Shown here in pieces: positions 25,183-38,753 of a stretch of DNA of 64,000 nucleotides. A model generated the notes under the pieces. The model saw nothing but the letters and a program-made list of their open reading frames with translations, ran no database searches and was not told the origin of the DNA. The position numbers and the translations under genes are program-made. This DNA comes from Octopus sinensis (Eukaryota), in NCBI RefSeq assembly GCF_006345805.1, contig NC_043005.1, forward strand, positions 107,694,001-107,758,000, given 5' to 3'. Positions within the stretch are counted from its first letter, which is position 1. Every line of letters starts with the position of its first letter.

Positions 25183-26439
25183 AATATTTAAATTCACTGG
25201 TAGGCGCACAATAAATCTAGCCATCACCTTAGCAACGTAAATTGGAAGTTGTGATCCTCAAAATCCCTCGTCATATACATTAAAAAACATGTGTTAAACG
25301 CAAAAGAAAGTGAAATCTTTAGATATGAGCAGAAACTCATGTTAAATAACGCATTCATAACAGGAAAAAAATAATGCTTCAATGGCCATACAAAGTGTTG
25401 AATTTGTTTATCTTTTTAAATGGTTCACTATAAAAAATATACACCAGACATTTTTTTCCTAAGAAAACTTCAACAGAATTATGTTTTTCTACTAAACATT
25501 TCCAAAGAATGAATTGGTGATTTCAAATAGCCCCCAAGCTTCTGCCTCCTCTAGTACTTATTTACACTTTCAATAATCTTCCAGTAAACGATGGTGTGCC
25601 GTATCTCATATTGTTTTTCCATCCCTGAGGTTCATTATAGTGTTTGTTTGCTTTGTTTTTTTATTGAGTACATGTTTGTCCTTATTGTTGTTTTTTGTTG
25701 TTTTTTTCTTTTCCTGCCAAGTTTGAAATATAATAGCTAACGTAAACCTTTAGGCAGTAAAAAACAAAATAAATAAATAAAAATAAAAAGAGAGGGATTT
25801 TTTTAATATACGGAAATAAAAAGTGATATATAACTAAGTCAACAACAAGAACAATAACAACAGTAATGTTAATGATAATAATCATGATGATAATAAAAAT
25901 AATAATACAAGCCTACTGGAAAAATAATGAGTAATCAATATGCAAAAATAAAATAAAATGAAAAATAAAGCAAAGAATTAAAACACACTTCCTTTTCAGA
26001 TACCCTCAGCGACTTCACTAACAAGAACACAACCCACCCTCGAAAAATAAATTTAAAAAAAAAGGAAAGAAAGAAAAGAGAAAAATATGAAGAGTAACAA
26101 AAGCGAAAACTAGCAGAAGAAAAGAATTGAAAACAATCAAATTCCCTTTGCCAAAATTGTCAATGTAAAATGCTTCAGATCTAAAAGACTGATTAAGATT
26201 GATGAGAAACAATCGTGTAAGTTGGACATTTGACACATTCATGTAAAAAAAAAGAAAAAATACAAAACCTTTCGTTTTTCGGTTTCACTTTTCACTAAAT
26301 ACATCTTTTGTATATTTATTTTATCAGTTATCTCACTTTTATTCAATGTCGTCGCTCTACTCCCATGGGATATCCATATCACCTTATTTATTTTGCCATG
26401 TTCCCAATATTTTTGTTTTAATGTTATACTTGTCTGTAT

Positions 26440-26576
26440 ATGTGTGTTTATGTATGTGTGTGTGTGTGTGAAGATGTGTGCGTGTGTATGTACATATGTA
26501 TATGTATATATATATGTGTGTATATATATATATGTATGTATATATATATGTATATATATATATATGTATATATATG

Positions 26577-26608
<32 letters not shown>

Positions 26609-26799
26609 CATGCGTGTATGTGTGTGTATACACTCACACATTGTTTACATCGTTATTTATATAGTTCTACGTTTTTTTATTTTTATATTTTCCAAATGGT
26701 CTTTAGTTTATTACGATTTCTAATTTGTTTATTTTTGAACCTATTATTATTATTATTATTATTTATTATTATTATTATTATATTATTATTATTATTATT

Positions 26800-26831
<32 letters not shown>

Positions 26832-26850
26832 CATCATCATCATCATCATC
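26440..26850. repeat. (TG)/(TA) and (ATT)/(ATC) microsatellites
   Basis: Directly visible. Confidence 0.9.
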
Positions 26851-27612
26851 ACCATTATTTGTTTTCATGATATATTTTATTTCTTTTCCTCTCCTTTTTT
26901 CTTTTCTGTTTTTCTTTTGTCACTACTTTTTCTCTGGATAAGATTGTATTTATTGAATGGTTTCTTTCTAAATCTTGTCTGTGTTTACTGAAGCAGTGGC
27001 AGAACTGATGGGTGATGTGTGGTAGTTTAGGTTCTAGTGTGTAGTGTTTTATTGTGTCGTGTGTTGTGATTTAAAACATAGTATGTGGTTGTTGGACGTG
27101 TGGAGTGTGCTGGTTCTTTGTGTGATATGTGGTTGTTCAATACATAGCACGTAGCAGTTTTGTATGATGTGCGCTACTGCCGTATTGTGTTGTGCTGTGG
27201 CGATATAAGAATCCTGCTGTGTGATCCGCAAACAGTGTGTGGTGTCAGGGTCCGTGTGCATACGTGGCATAATTATTTACATATACATTCTCACACACCC
27301 ACGGATATAGATTATATATACATATATATTAATAATATTAGGGTATATAACTCGAAACTTACAGGGGAAAGATTCAATTTAGTATTAAATCAAATTTCGC
27401 ATATAAATATATAAATATAAAATAAATATAAAATATGAATTATAGATAAAACCACTATAATATATATATTATTTGTTATTTACGCATTGGTTAATGTCTA
27501 TCACTGTTTGAGTTGCATAATAGTGGTTTTATCTCTAATTCATATTTTATATATACATATATATATATATGTACGTATGTATGTGCGTGCGTATGTATTT
27601 ATGTATGTATGT

Positions 27613-28092
27613 CTTCTCTTCCTCTTTTTAGTTTAGAGTAAATTTTCACCGGCCACCGATTTGGTAGCAAGGTTGTGAAGGAAAGATCAGGATTCAACTG
27701 CCATCGTTTAAATCTTAGGGAGGTCTTGAATACTTTTTATAGTTCCAAGTATCGTGTTCATTTGTAGCTTATGAATTAAGGATTTTCATTATCTCACCAA
27801 ATTCCAAGTTCAGGCATTCTTTGCTCCAGAAAAGCTGGTATGTATCCTGTTGCTCCAATAATTATGGGTATGAAGCTGATAGTGTATCTTGGGTATTGTA
27901 TTTGCAAACTCCTTATCAATGGTCCATAGACGACCTCTTTCTCTTGAATTTTTCTAACCAAATTCGTGTCCAGAGTGTAGCTAATAAGCTGCCCTCCACC
28001 ACAGGGCTTGCTTTTCTTTGTGGTTTCACACGACAAAATATAACCGGCTCTAACTTGGTGAACTTTTTAATTTTCAAGTTCTACCATTATTT
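27613..28092 (-). mobile_element. 3' fragment of a second RLE non-LTR retrotransposon family
   Basis: LDTNLVRKIQEKEVVYGPLIRSLQIQYPRYTISFIPIIIGATGYIP matches the RLE C-terminal pattern (D.N...K..EK...Y..L........PI++GA.G.IP); flanked on both sides by (TATG)n. Confidence 0.75.
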
Positions 28093-28685
28093 TATGTATG
28101 TATGTATGTATGTATGTATGTATGTATGTATGTATGTATGTATGTATGTATTCAGGCTATGTTGAGAAAAGAGAACGTTTGTTTTGGGTGGATTACAACT
28201 ATGATAGTGTTCTTGTTAAGCGTGATTTTAGTACCAGATGAGTATTTATGTTGAATCTAATAGCATTACCTGCTCATTAGCCCTGGGCTAATATGATGGG
28301 ATCATTATAATTCATTTCATTCCACCTGACAGTTATTAAGGTCCAGTTTATCCAGTGACGTCCTATCATTATTTAACATGGTTGGGAAGTGATTTGGGGG
28401 AGATTTGGCTTTCAATGAGCAGCAGTAATCATCATAGCGTTGATGTCAGACACACCTTATAAATACTTGCTTCCTGTTTGTAAGTTATATGTCCATGAGT
28501 TTTGGAATACTCTCGGTTAAGATGATGTTCCAGCATGACCGCTGAGAATAAAAAATAAAAGAATAAGCAAATATATTGATGCATTAAATAAGCCAAATCA
28601 CATATATGAATACATTTACATACATATACAAACATATATACATGCATGCATGCACACATTACTGTGAGTGTACATTGCTGAGAGA

Positions 28686-29021
28686 CTACGAAAGGATAAA
28701 AGGCATAGTCGACCTCGGTGGAATTTAACCTCATAACGTAAAGACAGGCGAAATAACGCTAAGCATTTCGCCCGGCATGCTAACGTTTTTATTTCTGTAT
28801 TGCCCACAAGGAGCTAAAAATAGAGGGAACAAACAAGGACAGACAAAGGGATTAAGTCGATTAGATCGACTCCAGTGCGGAACTGGTACTTAATTTATTG
28901 ATCCCTAAATGATGAAAGGCAAAGTCGACCACGGCGGAATTTGAACTCAGAACGTAAGGCTGGACGAAATACCACTAAGCATTTCGCCCTGACGTGCTAA
29001 CGTTTCTGCTAGCTCGCCGCC
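28686..29021 (-). mobile_element. SINE family B, two units
   Basis: Same head and core as the other family B copies. Confidence 0.85.
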
Positions 29022-29259
29022 TTATATACATATATATTCCCGAACTCTCTTGTCTCCAACAAAATCCATTATTACCTTATTAGCGACAAGTTTGAATAAA
29101 CAATGCAATCCGAAGAGAGACAGAATGGTTATTATTGAAAATAAAAAATAAATGAAGTTACAATGTTATGGAGGACATACACAAATCAAAAGAATACTAA
29201 TGAAATGACCATACCAAACCCTATGTAAAAATGTATGTAAATCAGAAACGTCTAAGTAA

Positions 29260-29500
29260 AACCATCAAACATACTTTCACTTCCCTTCTGTTCTTCATTC
29301 CATATGGAGGATAGGCCATCGACCACTTTCCTCCTTATTCTTTGCTTTTTATATGCAGGGGTGTATGCCATATGCAAACCCATTTTTACTGCTGGGAAGA
29401 GATGGTCAACATTAGTCTGGACTTTATCCTTTGACACATGCGGCACGGGAGGTGCCACCAGGAATTTGCGCTCTCCTGGCATAATTCTCAGTGTCGTGGA
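29260..29500 (-). mobile_element. Degraded RTE-type LINE extreme 3' end
   Basis: Minus ORF ends ...KMGLH...QRIRRKVVDGLSSIWNEEQK, resembling RTE C-termini (DR..WR..VDGLCS). Confidence 0.4.
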
Positions 29501-29989
29501 AGCACACATGCCACTATACTACAAGAAGGACTGGTCCTTTGTGGTGGAGGCAAACATACATATACAATGAGTTACTCATCCTACCAACATGTCTTTGAAA
29601 TTTAGGAATCAACAAAGATTTTCTGTTGTCGACTTGCGTCAGGAAGGTTGATAACGCTATTTATAGGATTATGTAACTTACTCCATTAATTTGTCTTAAA
29701 AAGCTCATACTAATTTGTCTATGTCAGTAAGTTCTCAACTCCATGTAAGGCGCAAATAAAACAATTGAGATTCTTTGGGGATTCTCAGTTGCTGTCTTTC
29801 ACATGGGAGCAACAGCGGTTAAAGCAAAAGCAGCGTCAACAATAACAGTACGAAAAATACCAACACTGCTAAAGGATATGTAGTCAAACTGATTGATGAT
29901 GAGTATAATACAGCACTTGCGATAGCTAACGTAGGAAGGAACACACTGTTATACATAGAACGGTCATAGTAATGTTATATACAATGGTG

Positions 29990-31880
29990 GTGATGATGAC
30001 GATGGTAAGGAGAAGGAGGAGGAAGAAAAAGAAGAAGAAGAGAATGAGGAGGGGGAAAGGAAGAGGAGGTGGAAGAAGAAGTGGAGGAGGAAGAAGTAGA
30101 AGAATAACAAGAGGAGGAAGAGGAGGGGACGAAGTAGAAGAAAAGGAGGAAGAGGAGGAGAAGAAGGCGGAAGAAGTAAAAGTGGAGGAAGTGGAGGAGG
30201 AAAGAAAAGAAGAGAAGGAGCAAGAAGACGAAGAAGAGGGGATGAAAGGAGAAAAGAAGGAGCAAGAAGAAGAAGAAGAAGAAAAAGAAGAAGAGGAAAG
30301 AGAAGAAGAGAAGGAGCAAGAAGAAGAAGAAGAGGAAGGAGAAGAAAAGAAGGAGCAAGAAGAAAAGGAGGAAGGAGAAGAAGAGAAGGAGAAAGAAGAA
30401 GGAGAAAGAAAAAGAAGAAAAAGAAGAAGAGGAAAGAGAAGAAGAGAAGGAGCAAGAAGAAGAAGAAGAAGAAGTAGAGGAAAGAGAAGAAGAGAAGGAG
30501 CACGAAGAAGAAGAATAAGAAGAAGAGGAAAGAGAAGAAGAAGAGAAGGGAAGAAGAAAAGAAGAATAAGTAGAGGAAGAGAATAAGAGAAGGGCACGAA
30601 GAAGAAGAATAAGAAAGAGGAAAAGAGTAAAAAAAGAAGGAAGGGAAGGACAAGAAGAAGAAGAGGAAGTTGAAGAGGAAAAGAAGGAGCACAAGAAAAA
30701 GAAGAGGAGATGGAAGGAGAAAAGAAGGAGCAAGAAGAAGAAGAAGAGGAAGGGGAATTAGAAGAAGAGAAGGAGCAAGAAAAAGGAAGAGGATGTGGAA
30801 GGAGAAAAGAAGGAGCAAGAAGAAGAAGAGGAAGGGGAAGGAGGAGAAGAGAAGGAGCAAGAAAAAGAAGAGGAGATGGAAGGAGAAAAGAAGGAGCAAG
30901 AAGAAGAAGAGGAAGGGGAAGGAGAAGAATAGAAGGAGCAAGAAAAAGAAGAGGAGATGGAAGGAGAAGAGAAGGAGCAAGAAGAAGGAGAAAGAAGAAG
31001 AAGAAGAAGAAGAAGGAAGAAAAGAGAAGAAGAGAAGGAGCAAGAAGAAGAAGAAGAAGAGGAGGAGGTAGGAGAAGAGAAGGAGCAAGAAGAAGAGAAG
31101 GAGCAAGAAGAAGGAGAAAGAAGAAAAAGAGAAGGAGCAAGAAGAAGAAGAAGAAGAAAAGGAGGAAAAAGAAGAAAAAGAAAAAGGAGAAGAAGAAATA
31201 TAAGAAGAAGAAGAAGAAGCGGAAGGAGAAGGAGAAGAAGAAGTGGGGTGGAGGTGGCGGAGGAGGAGGAGAGAAAGAAGAAGAGGAGGATGTAGCAGAA
31301 GAAGAAGGAAAATAAAGGGGAAAAGAAAGAAGAAGAGGAGGAAGGAGAAGAATAAGAAAAAGAAGCAAGAAGAAGAGGAGGAGGAATGAGAAGGAGAAGA
31401 AGAAGGAGAAGAAAGAGAAAAAGAAGAAGAAGAGGTAGGAGAAGAGGAGGAAGTGGAGGAGCAAGGAGAAGAAGAAGAAGAAGAAGAAAAAGAAGTAGGA
31501 GAGGAGGTGGAAGTGGAGGAGGAAGGAGAAGAAGAAGAAGAAGAAGAAGAGGAAGAGGAAAAAGAAGAAGAAGAAACATAAGATGAAGAAAGAAGAAGAA
31601 GAAAAGGAGGAAGAAGATGAAGAAGAAAAAAAGGAGAAGAAGAAGAGGAAGAGGAAAAAGAAGAAGAAGAAACATAAGATGAAGAAAGAAGAAGAAGAAA
31701 AGGAGGAGGAAGATGAAGAAGAAAAAAAGGAGAAGAAGAAGTGGAAGGAGAAGGAGAAGAAGAAGAAGATGTGGAGGTGGAAGATGAAGAAGAAAAACAA
31801 AGAAGATGAAAAAGAAGAAGAAGGAGAAGATGAAGAAGAAGAAGTAGAAGAAGAAGAAGGTGACGAGGAGGAGTAGGAGG
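29990..31880 (+). repeat. ~1.9 kb polypurine (GAA/GAG) low-complexity tract with internal higher-order repeats
   Basis: Plus strand almost exclusively A/G; recurrent GAAGGAGCAAGA motif; 96-bp direct duplication (ACATAAGATG at 31576 and 31672). Confidence 0.95.
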
Positions 31881-32668
31881 TGGAAAAGGACGAATAATGT
31901 GATGTCAACAATGATTCTGGTGATGTTGGCGAAAAAATGATGGGAGATCTTACAGATGATAATGGTGGGAGCGGCGTTGTTGGTGACGGCGATAATGACT
32001 TTCATGATGATGATGATGATGATGGTGACGGGAACGGCGGCGGCGGCGGCGCCGATCTGGATGGATATCTAAAACAGACAATGACGGTGTAAACAGTAAT
32101 GTCTCAAGTAAAATTCATATTTGATGAAGAGTTCCAACGTGAAAAGCTCTTACCATCACCATTCAAAGACTCACTTCCTGACTCCTTAATCGAAAAATGG
32201 AATCTGCTTCCATCTTCTTCTACGGAAATGGATTGGCGTTAAAGTAAATTTTACATTGAAAATATCTTGAAGCTGTCGGCCTTAGGGCATAGATATTATG
32301 CGGTGGTGGCAGCAGCAGCGTGGTGGCAGTGGTGGTGGTGGTGGTGGTGGTGGCGGCGATGGCGGTGGTGGTGTCCGCGATGGCGGTGGTGTTGCTGATG
32401 CTGATGAGGGTGAAGGACGTTAGAGGTTAATGGTGGTAGTGATGTTTGTGGTGTTGATATAGTCGTACAAATGATGGAAGTGATAGTGGTGTTGATGTTT
32501 GTGGTGATGGTTGTGTTGATGAGGGTGATATTAGAGGTGTTAATGATGGTGGTGGCGTTGGAATGGAAGATGCTAAAGATGATTGTATGGTCGAAGTTTC
32601 TGTCGGAATAAAATAGTGGGAATTGTTGAAACCTTTGTATCTTTTTTGGACAACAATGACCAAAATAA

Positions 32669-33003
32669 TAACGAGAGCACTCAGAGAGCGCAAACCTCCC
32701 CCAAAGCAACACCAATGACCTCTCAACAATTAGCCAGAGATGATTTTTAAAATGAGAATATTTGAAATAAACTCGACTGCTCTCAAAAATTAAATAAAAA
32801 GCCGGAAAAATAATCCAGAATCCTTGTCCGGTACCGGATCGAGCCCAAAATCGAATCATTTCGTGCCAGTCACGAGGCCAAGCATCCTTGAATTTTTCAT
32901 CTGAATCCATCCGGTGGTTCTTGAGATACATTTTCCACGGACAAACAAACAAACAAACGCGACAGAAAACAATAACTCCGCCTTCACTAAGGTGGAGGTA
33001 ATA
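32669..33003 (+). mobile_element. Non-autonomous Helentron-type (DINE-1/HINE-like) element
   Basis: 5' AACGAGAGCACTCAGAGAGCGCAAACCTCCCCCAAAG, internal CCGGTACCGG palindrome, (ACAA)n microsatellite, 3' hairpin CTCCGCCTT-CACT-AAGGTGGAG, AT-rich insertion site: the HINE architecture. Confidence 0.7.
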
Positions 33004-34130
33004 AAAAGAACAGCAATATCACGACGACGATGATGACCACCACCACCAAAAGTTACCACAAAATTGTCAGTTTGGTTTCATATTTCTGTTCCACCGTCTT
33101 CGGAACTACACGAATAAGATGGGGAGTAAGTAAAGATAGAGCGAAGGAGGTAAAATAATACAAGGAAAAGAAAGCAACGATAAAAAGAATTACAAGAAGA
33201 AATCAACGAAAATTAATTTTAAAAAAAGAGAAACAAGGAAAGATTTACATTGTTTTACAAACAATGTTATGAAGAATCTAATGCAAGCATTCTCTGCCGA
33301 GTGTGCTAGTTGTATGAGTCACACTCTTTTGATAGAATATATTCAACTGGCGAGGTACAATAATGCAGAAACATGACTGCTTTTAATTGTTCCAGTTAAC
33401 TCCATAAGACTTTTGCATGAGAATTAACCTTTTAAACTAAATTTTATTTCTTGAACTCATCTCTCTTTTCCACGTGAGTAATAAACAACTGCCATTAGGT
33501 TTTTTGTTGCTTCCCCCATTAAGAAGGCCATTCGGTACTTACATCCTTTATCTTAACCCATAGTATTTATTTGTTTTTAGTTCCCTTATATCATATTTGT
33601 TCAATAAATTATCGTTTATCTTAGGGTAAACCCTTAGCAAAGCATCAACAGCTAAAACATCCTCCCCTGTGCTAGGAATAACCTTGCTTCTTTTTTTATT
33701 GTTAATTTGTTGTATGTTTTGTTGGATTGTGTAATGTTGTCAATGTTGTTCAGCAATTGTGAGACACCCCATGAATTTAGCATCCCAAAGGATTGCCTGG
33801 TTTACCCAGAACGTAAGGCCGGCTCTACTTTTACTTTTATACACGTCAATTCGCATTCGGGTATATATCAAAATATTCAGGCGTATCTCCAACATCTCAG
33901 AGTTACATTACCTCAGTCACCCTGTAAGATAATCGATTGGTAGGGAATATATTTGATACAGGTTTGGTATTAATGAAAAGCAAAAATAATCTAGGGAACG
34001 CCAGTGTGTGATTAATTTTCTTTTGCATAAAGAATCTATGATGCGCTATTCTTTGTTTATGATCATGGCAGTAAAAACCGCGGCCGTTTAAGGTAAATGG
34101 ATGTCACTACAATACGAACATAGTAAATAA

Positions 34131-34446
34131 TGTTGTTTGTTGTTGTTTGTTCCTTCTCGAGCCACGCCTGGCTTATAAGGGCCGGCTTCCCGGTTTCCAT
34201 GGCGTATAGGTTCCCCACTTGGACGGGACGCCGGTCCATCGCAGGTGACCTGCAAGATGCGGGAGGAAAAAGTGAGAGTAAGTTGTGGCGAAAGAGTCAG
34301 CAGACGTTCGCCATTACCTTCTGCCGGAGCCGCGTGGAGCATAGGTGTTTCGCTCATAAACACACACATCGTCCGGTCTCAGATTCGAACCCACGATCTC
34401 TCGCCCGCCAATCCGCTACTCTAACCACTAGGCCATGTGCCTCCAC
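34131..34446 (-). mobile_element. tRNA-derived SINE family C
   Basis: Minus head GTGGAGGCACATGGCCTAGTGGTTAGAG (A box)...GGTTCGAATC (B box); (AAC)n tail. Confidence 0.8.
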
Positions 34447-34920
34447 AAGGGAAATAATACAAATCGTTAAAATTTCTCTGAGGTATTGTTACAAGATACC
34501 TCAGGAGGTAGATTAATGTCCTGCTGGCAGGTTTTGGGCAGGTTTATTTGGTGGTTGGCTTTGTACAACACCCAGGGAACTAATGTTTCAAGTGTGTGAT
34601 TTGATCGTATCTCTGGTTATTATTGTTTAAGCTTAAGTCCTTTCTAATTGAGTAAGTCTATAATTAAAGGTGCTCCAGCTACCACTACGCTTCAGTCGTT
34701 TGTTGTGGTTAAGTCACAAACCAGCGGTATTTGAGCTTTACCTTCATCAAAATTGTTTTATGGCCACTGTCCAGTCTGTTTCTGAGTATTGTTGTTAAGT
34801 CTTACGTCATCTCTGTTTCCGAATAACTTATGTTCAACCGCTTTCCATCCATGAATACCACTCAGTTTTATGTTGCTATTGTCATTGCAACTGTTTAACG
34901 CTAGATCAGCAACAACAGCA

Positions 34921-35247
34921 GTGGAGGCACAATGGCCCAGTGGTTAGAGCAGCGAACTCGCGGTCGGAGGATCACGGTTCCGATTCCCAGACCGGGCGCT
35001 GTGTGTGTTTATTGAGCGAAAACACCTAAAGCCCCACGAGACCCCGGAAGGGGGTGTGGGGTGGCGACCCCTGTTGTACTCTTTCGCTCCAACTTTCTCA
35101 CACTCTTTCTTCCTATTTCTTGTCCCCCGACTCCCTACGCAACCACTGAGCCTGGATGCGCATTCATCCATCCGTCGATGATGCTTTCGGTGTCGGGGAT
35201 TGACCTGTTTTCTCTTCTGCGGGTCTTACGAATAGCAAAGGACCACG
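34921..35247 (+). mobile_element. tRNA-derived SINE family C-related (same head, different tail)
   Basis: GTGGAGGCACAATGGCCCAGTGGTTAGAGC...GGTTCCGATTCC...GAGCGAAAACACCTAAAG. Confidence 0.75.
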
Positions 35248-35528
35248 CTTCGGACTTCTCCCATCTTGCAAGCTCTGGGACGAAGACCGTTCGCTCAACA
35301 GCACAGCTCGCTCAACAGCTCAACAGCAACAACTACGAGCGTGAATCAGATTATCATTTCCTGCTACTTGGAAAATAATTTGTGTTTTCTCAAGCCTTCG
35401 TTAATGAAATGCATATCGGGAAATACGGGGAGAATTAGATACTGATCAATGCAGTCACGTTGCTGATTGGTCCCACAATAACTAATCGTAAAGCATTTCT
35501 AAAATATCTACTAAAAACTTATATTCGC

Positions 35529-36487
35529 TTTAAGAGCTGGTAGGATTGTCTTAATTCACACGATTAAAATTGCCATTAAACACAATCTCAGCTTTCTTAC
35601 ACATCAGAGAAAATTAGAAAAAATTCAACTTCAGCCAAATACCGACATTGTAATAAAAATATATATTTCTTTACTACCCACAAGGGGCTAAACACAGAGA
35701 GGACCAACAAGGACAGACAAAAGGATTAAGTCGACTAAATCGACCCCAGTGCGTAAATGGTACTTAATTTATCGACCCCGAAAGGATGAAAGGCAAAGTC
35801 GACCTCGGCGGAATTTCAACTCAGAACGTAAAGACAGACGAAGTACCTGTTTCTTTACTACCCACAAGGGGCTAAAAAACAGAGAGGACAAACAAGGAGA
35901 GACAAACGGATTTAGTCGATTATATCGACCCCAGTTCATAACTGGTGCTTAATTTATCGACCCCGAAAGTATGAGAGCAATGTCGACCTCGGCGTAATTT
36001 GAACTCAGAACATAACGGCTGACGAAATACCGCTAAGCATTTCGCCCGGCGTGCTAACGTTTCTGCCAGCTTGCCGCCTTAATTGCATCAAATTACCGAC
36101 AATAGTTGGAATTTGGTAGCTTTGGTAGATCTTTGGCAAATTGTGGGCCTATACAAACTGAATTACTATAAGCTGGTTATCAAGGAGCTTGGTGATCTGT
36201 GAATTTGATGCCATGCGAAAATAGGAATGGATGACGTTGGTGATACACAAGGGATTTATCTAAAGATAGTATTTTTAACTGGTACTCACATTTACGCCAT
36301 TATTATGACATTCCGTCTACAGTGTTCATGCACACATTGCATACACATATACAAATTTACGCACGCTCGCACACATACCTATAATATATACGTACAACAG
36401 AAAATAAAAGATAGGTTATTGACTTGTCTTGAAGAAAATCGAAAAGTAGTTTGATGATTTCTAATAGTATAAAGCATCTTTTAAAAA
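35529..36487 (-). repeat. Donor segment of inverted, circularly permuted duplication (includes SINE B dimer at 35665-36078)
   Basis: Unique parts X (35529-35665) and Y (36079-36487) recur reverse-complemented at 38982-39116 and 39117-39463. Confidence 0.9.
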
Positions 36488-37411
36488 TAAATTAGAATTT
36501 TCCAAGTTCATATTTTTATTAAAGTTATTATGTCTGTGAATGAATTGATTTAGCCACAGCCAGGAATCGAAAACAAGTCATTGACTTTACATTATAGAGA
36601 AGCGTATATTTTTCCATCAAAGAAATGTAAAGAAAATTTAAAGCTCTAAAGGAGTTACGATGCAATCAATCAGAAAATGGACCAACCCTCTTCCCATTAA
36701 GAGAAAAGGAAAACAAAATGGAGAAGGCAAAGTAAATTTAACTAAAAATTAAAATAGAAAGAAACAAAAATAAAATAATTTCAATAAGCTGCATTTTTAA
36801 AACAAAGTTTGACAAAAATAATTTAAAGATGATAATACAGCTATCATAAATGTTGAGGTTCTCCTTAATAAAAACAAAATTATATGGTGAAAACATCTTA
36901 GTTAACATTGAAAAGAGTCCACAAAATAAAAAGGAAATTTATATATACATATATAAAAAACATTAGAATATTTCAATGATTTTGATCGACAAAGGCAATA
37001 GCAGAGCTAATGTTATCCAGTGATAAATACAAGGTGATGAAAATGAAATTTTATGCACACCACGTTGTTCTAAGTCTTTAAGTCAAGGGAGAAAATTGAC
37101 AGAAGAACATTGCTGAAAAGTTAATGGATTAAGTTCTTAAAGTGTTTACTGTTAAAACATCAAGAAAAGAAGGTGGGAAATGTTAGGGAGAGATGCGATA
37201 ACGGTTAATGGCGAAATGGGGGTTAGTTAGGGGGAGGCGAGATTTCACTTTAATAGTTCAGAAGGAGGCTGCTCTTTAATATGACACTTAAAAATAAAAA
37301 TGAATAAAACATGGACATACAATAAACAACAGAAAAATGGGACACAAAATTTACTGCAAACACACACACACACATACACACACATATATATATATATGTA
37401 TATATACATAT

Positions 37412-37454
<43 letters not shown>

Positions 37455-37509
37455 TGTACGTGTGAGTGTTGTAGACGCATGTCCGTATGTTTGTATGTAT
37501 GCCCATGTG

Positions 37510-37544
<35 letters not shown>

Positions 37545-37550
37545 ACACAC

Positions 37551-37597
<47 letters not shown>

Positions 37598-37838
37598 TAC
37601 ATATGTACACATGCATACATATATCCATTTAGAAATATATGCGTATATATGTGTGCGTGAGAGTATGTGTGTGTACAAACTCACATGCGCATAGCAAAAG
37701 AAATTAAATGAGGGTAAATGGTATTTTTTGATGAGTGTTGAAAAATAATTAAAAGCTTTGAACAAACTCTAATATTCATGGAAAAACTTTCATTACCCAT
37801 CATTATATTTTTTTCTTTTAAGTTTACCTCCACAATTG

Positions 37839-37872
<34 letters not shown>

Positions 37873-38753
37873 TTTTATTATTATTATTATTTAACATATC
37901 CTCCATTTGTTTGGAGTATTTTTCGTGTTCTTTACGGATTCCTAAAATTTTACAATAACAGGTCCCGATGTCATCTATCTTATTGAAACTGTTGTAGCAT
38001 GCTGATGTTTGTGACGGTGATGATGATGATGATGATGATATTGATGTTAAAGATTATATGACGTATTAAGTAGGAGTGAAATGAATTAACCTTCTTTAAA
38101 CACGATTCTTCAATCTCATATGGCAGCCAGACCAGATTTAGAGAGAATCATTTAGGAAGTCGGCAATAAAAGACACTTTTCAGGCTACATCTGTGAGAAT
38201 GTGGAAGGGTAGGAGAAGCGGCAAAGAAGCATACATATTTGTGTTGAATATTTTATTCTGAATTTTGAAGGGTTTTGTGTTGTATAGTAAGATGTTGGGA
38301 GTTTTTCCAACAAACATAATCGCATAAAACACACACACACACACATGTATGCAAAAAGAAAGAAAGACTGACAGAGAGAGAGAGAAAGAGAGAGAGACAG
38401 AGAAAGAAAGAGAGAAAGAGAGAGAGCGAAAGAGAGTGAGAGAGAAAGAGATTGAGAGTGAGAGAGAGAATGAGGGAAAAAGGGAGAGGAGAAGTGAGAG
38501 AGAATAGTGAATATTTGTGTTTAAGAATTAAGGAAAAAAGGTACTCAATACGTAGATTTTGGGAATCGGTGCCGGATTTTCAAACGATTATACATTCGTA
38601 TATACCCAGCAAACACACACGCATAACTAACAGAGCTACCCGCGTGTTGAATATATAGAATATATAGAAACATGTATTCTGGTAAACGTAAGTTACTTTA
38701 CTTATAAGTGTTTTTGGAAGCGATTTATATGTAATAATATTTAAATATATTAG

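Noticed and set aside
29304-29570. Plus-strand ORF resembling a neuropeptide precursor (hydrophobic N-terminus, GKR site)
   Set aside because: It is antisense to what looks like an RTE LINE 3' end, and the features are short enough to arise by chance.
29926-32005. Very long ORFs (661, 415, 380 aa) and E/K/R-rich plus-strand ORFs
   Set aside because: A polypurine/polypyrimidine tract lacks stop codons by composition; no domain or splice context supports coding.
34131-35247. tRNA genes
   Set aside because: A/B-box-containing heads continue into SINE bodies and do not close a cloverleaf; treated as SINEs.
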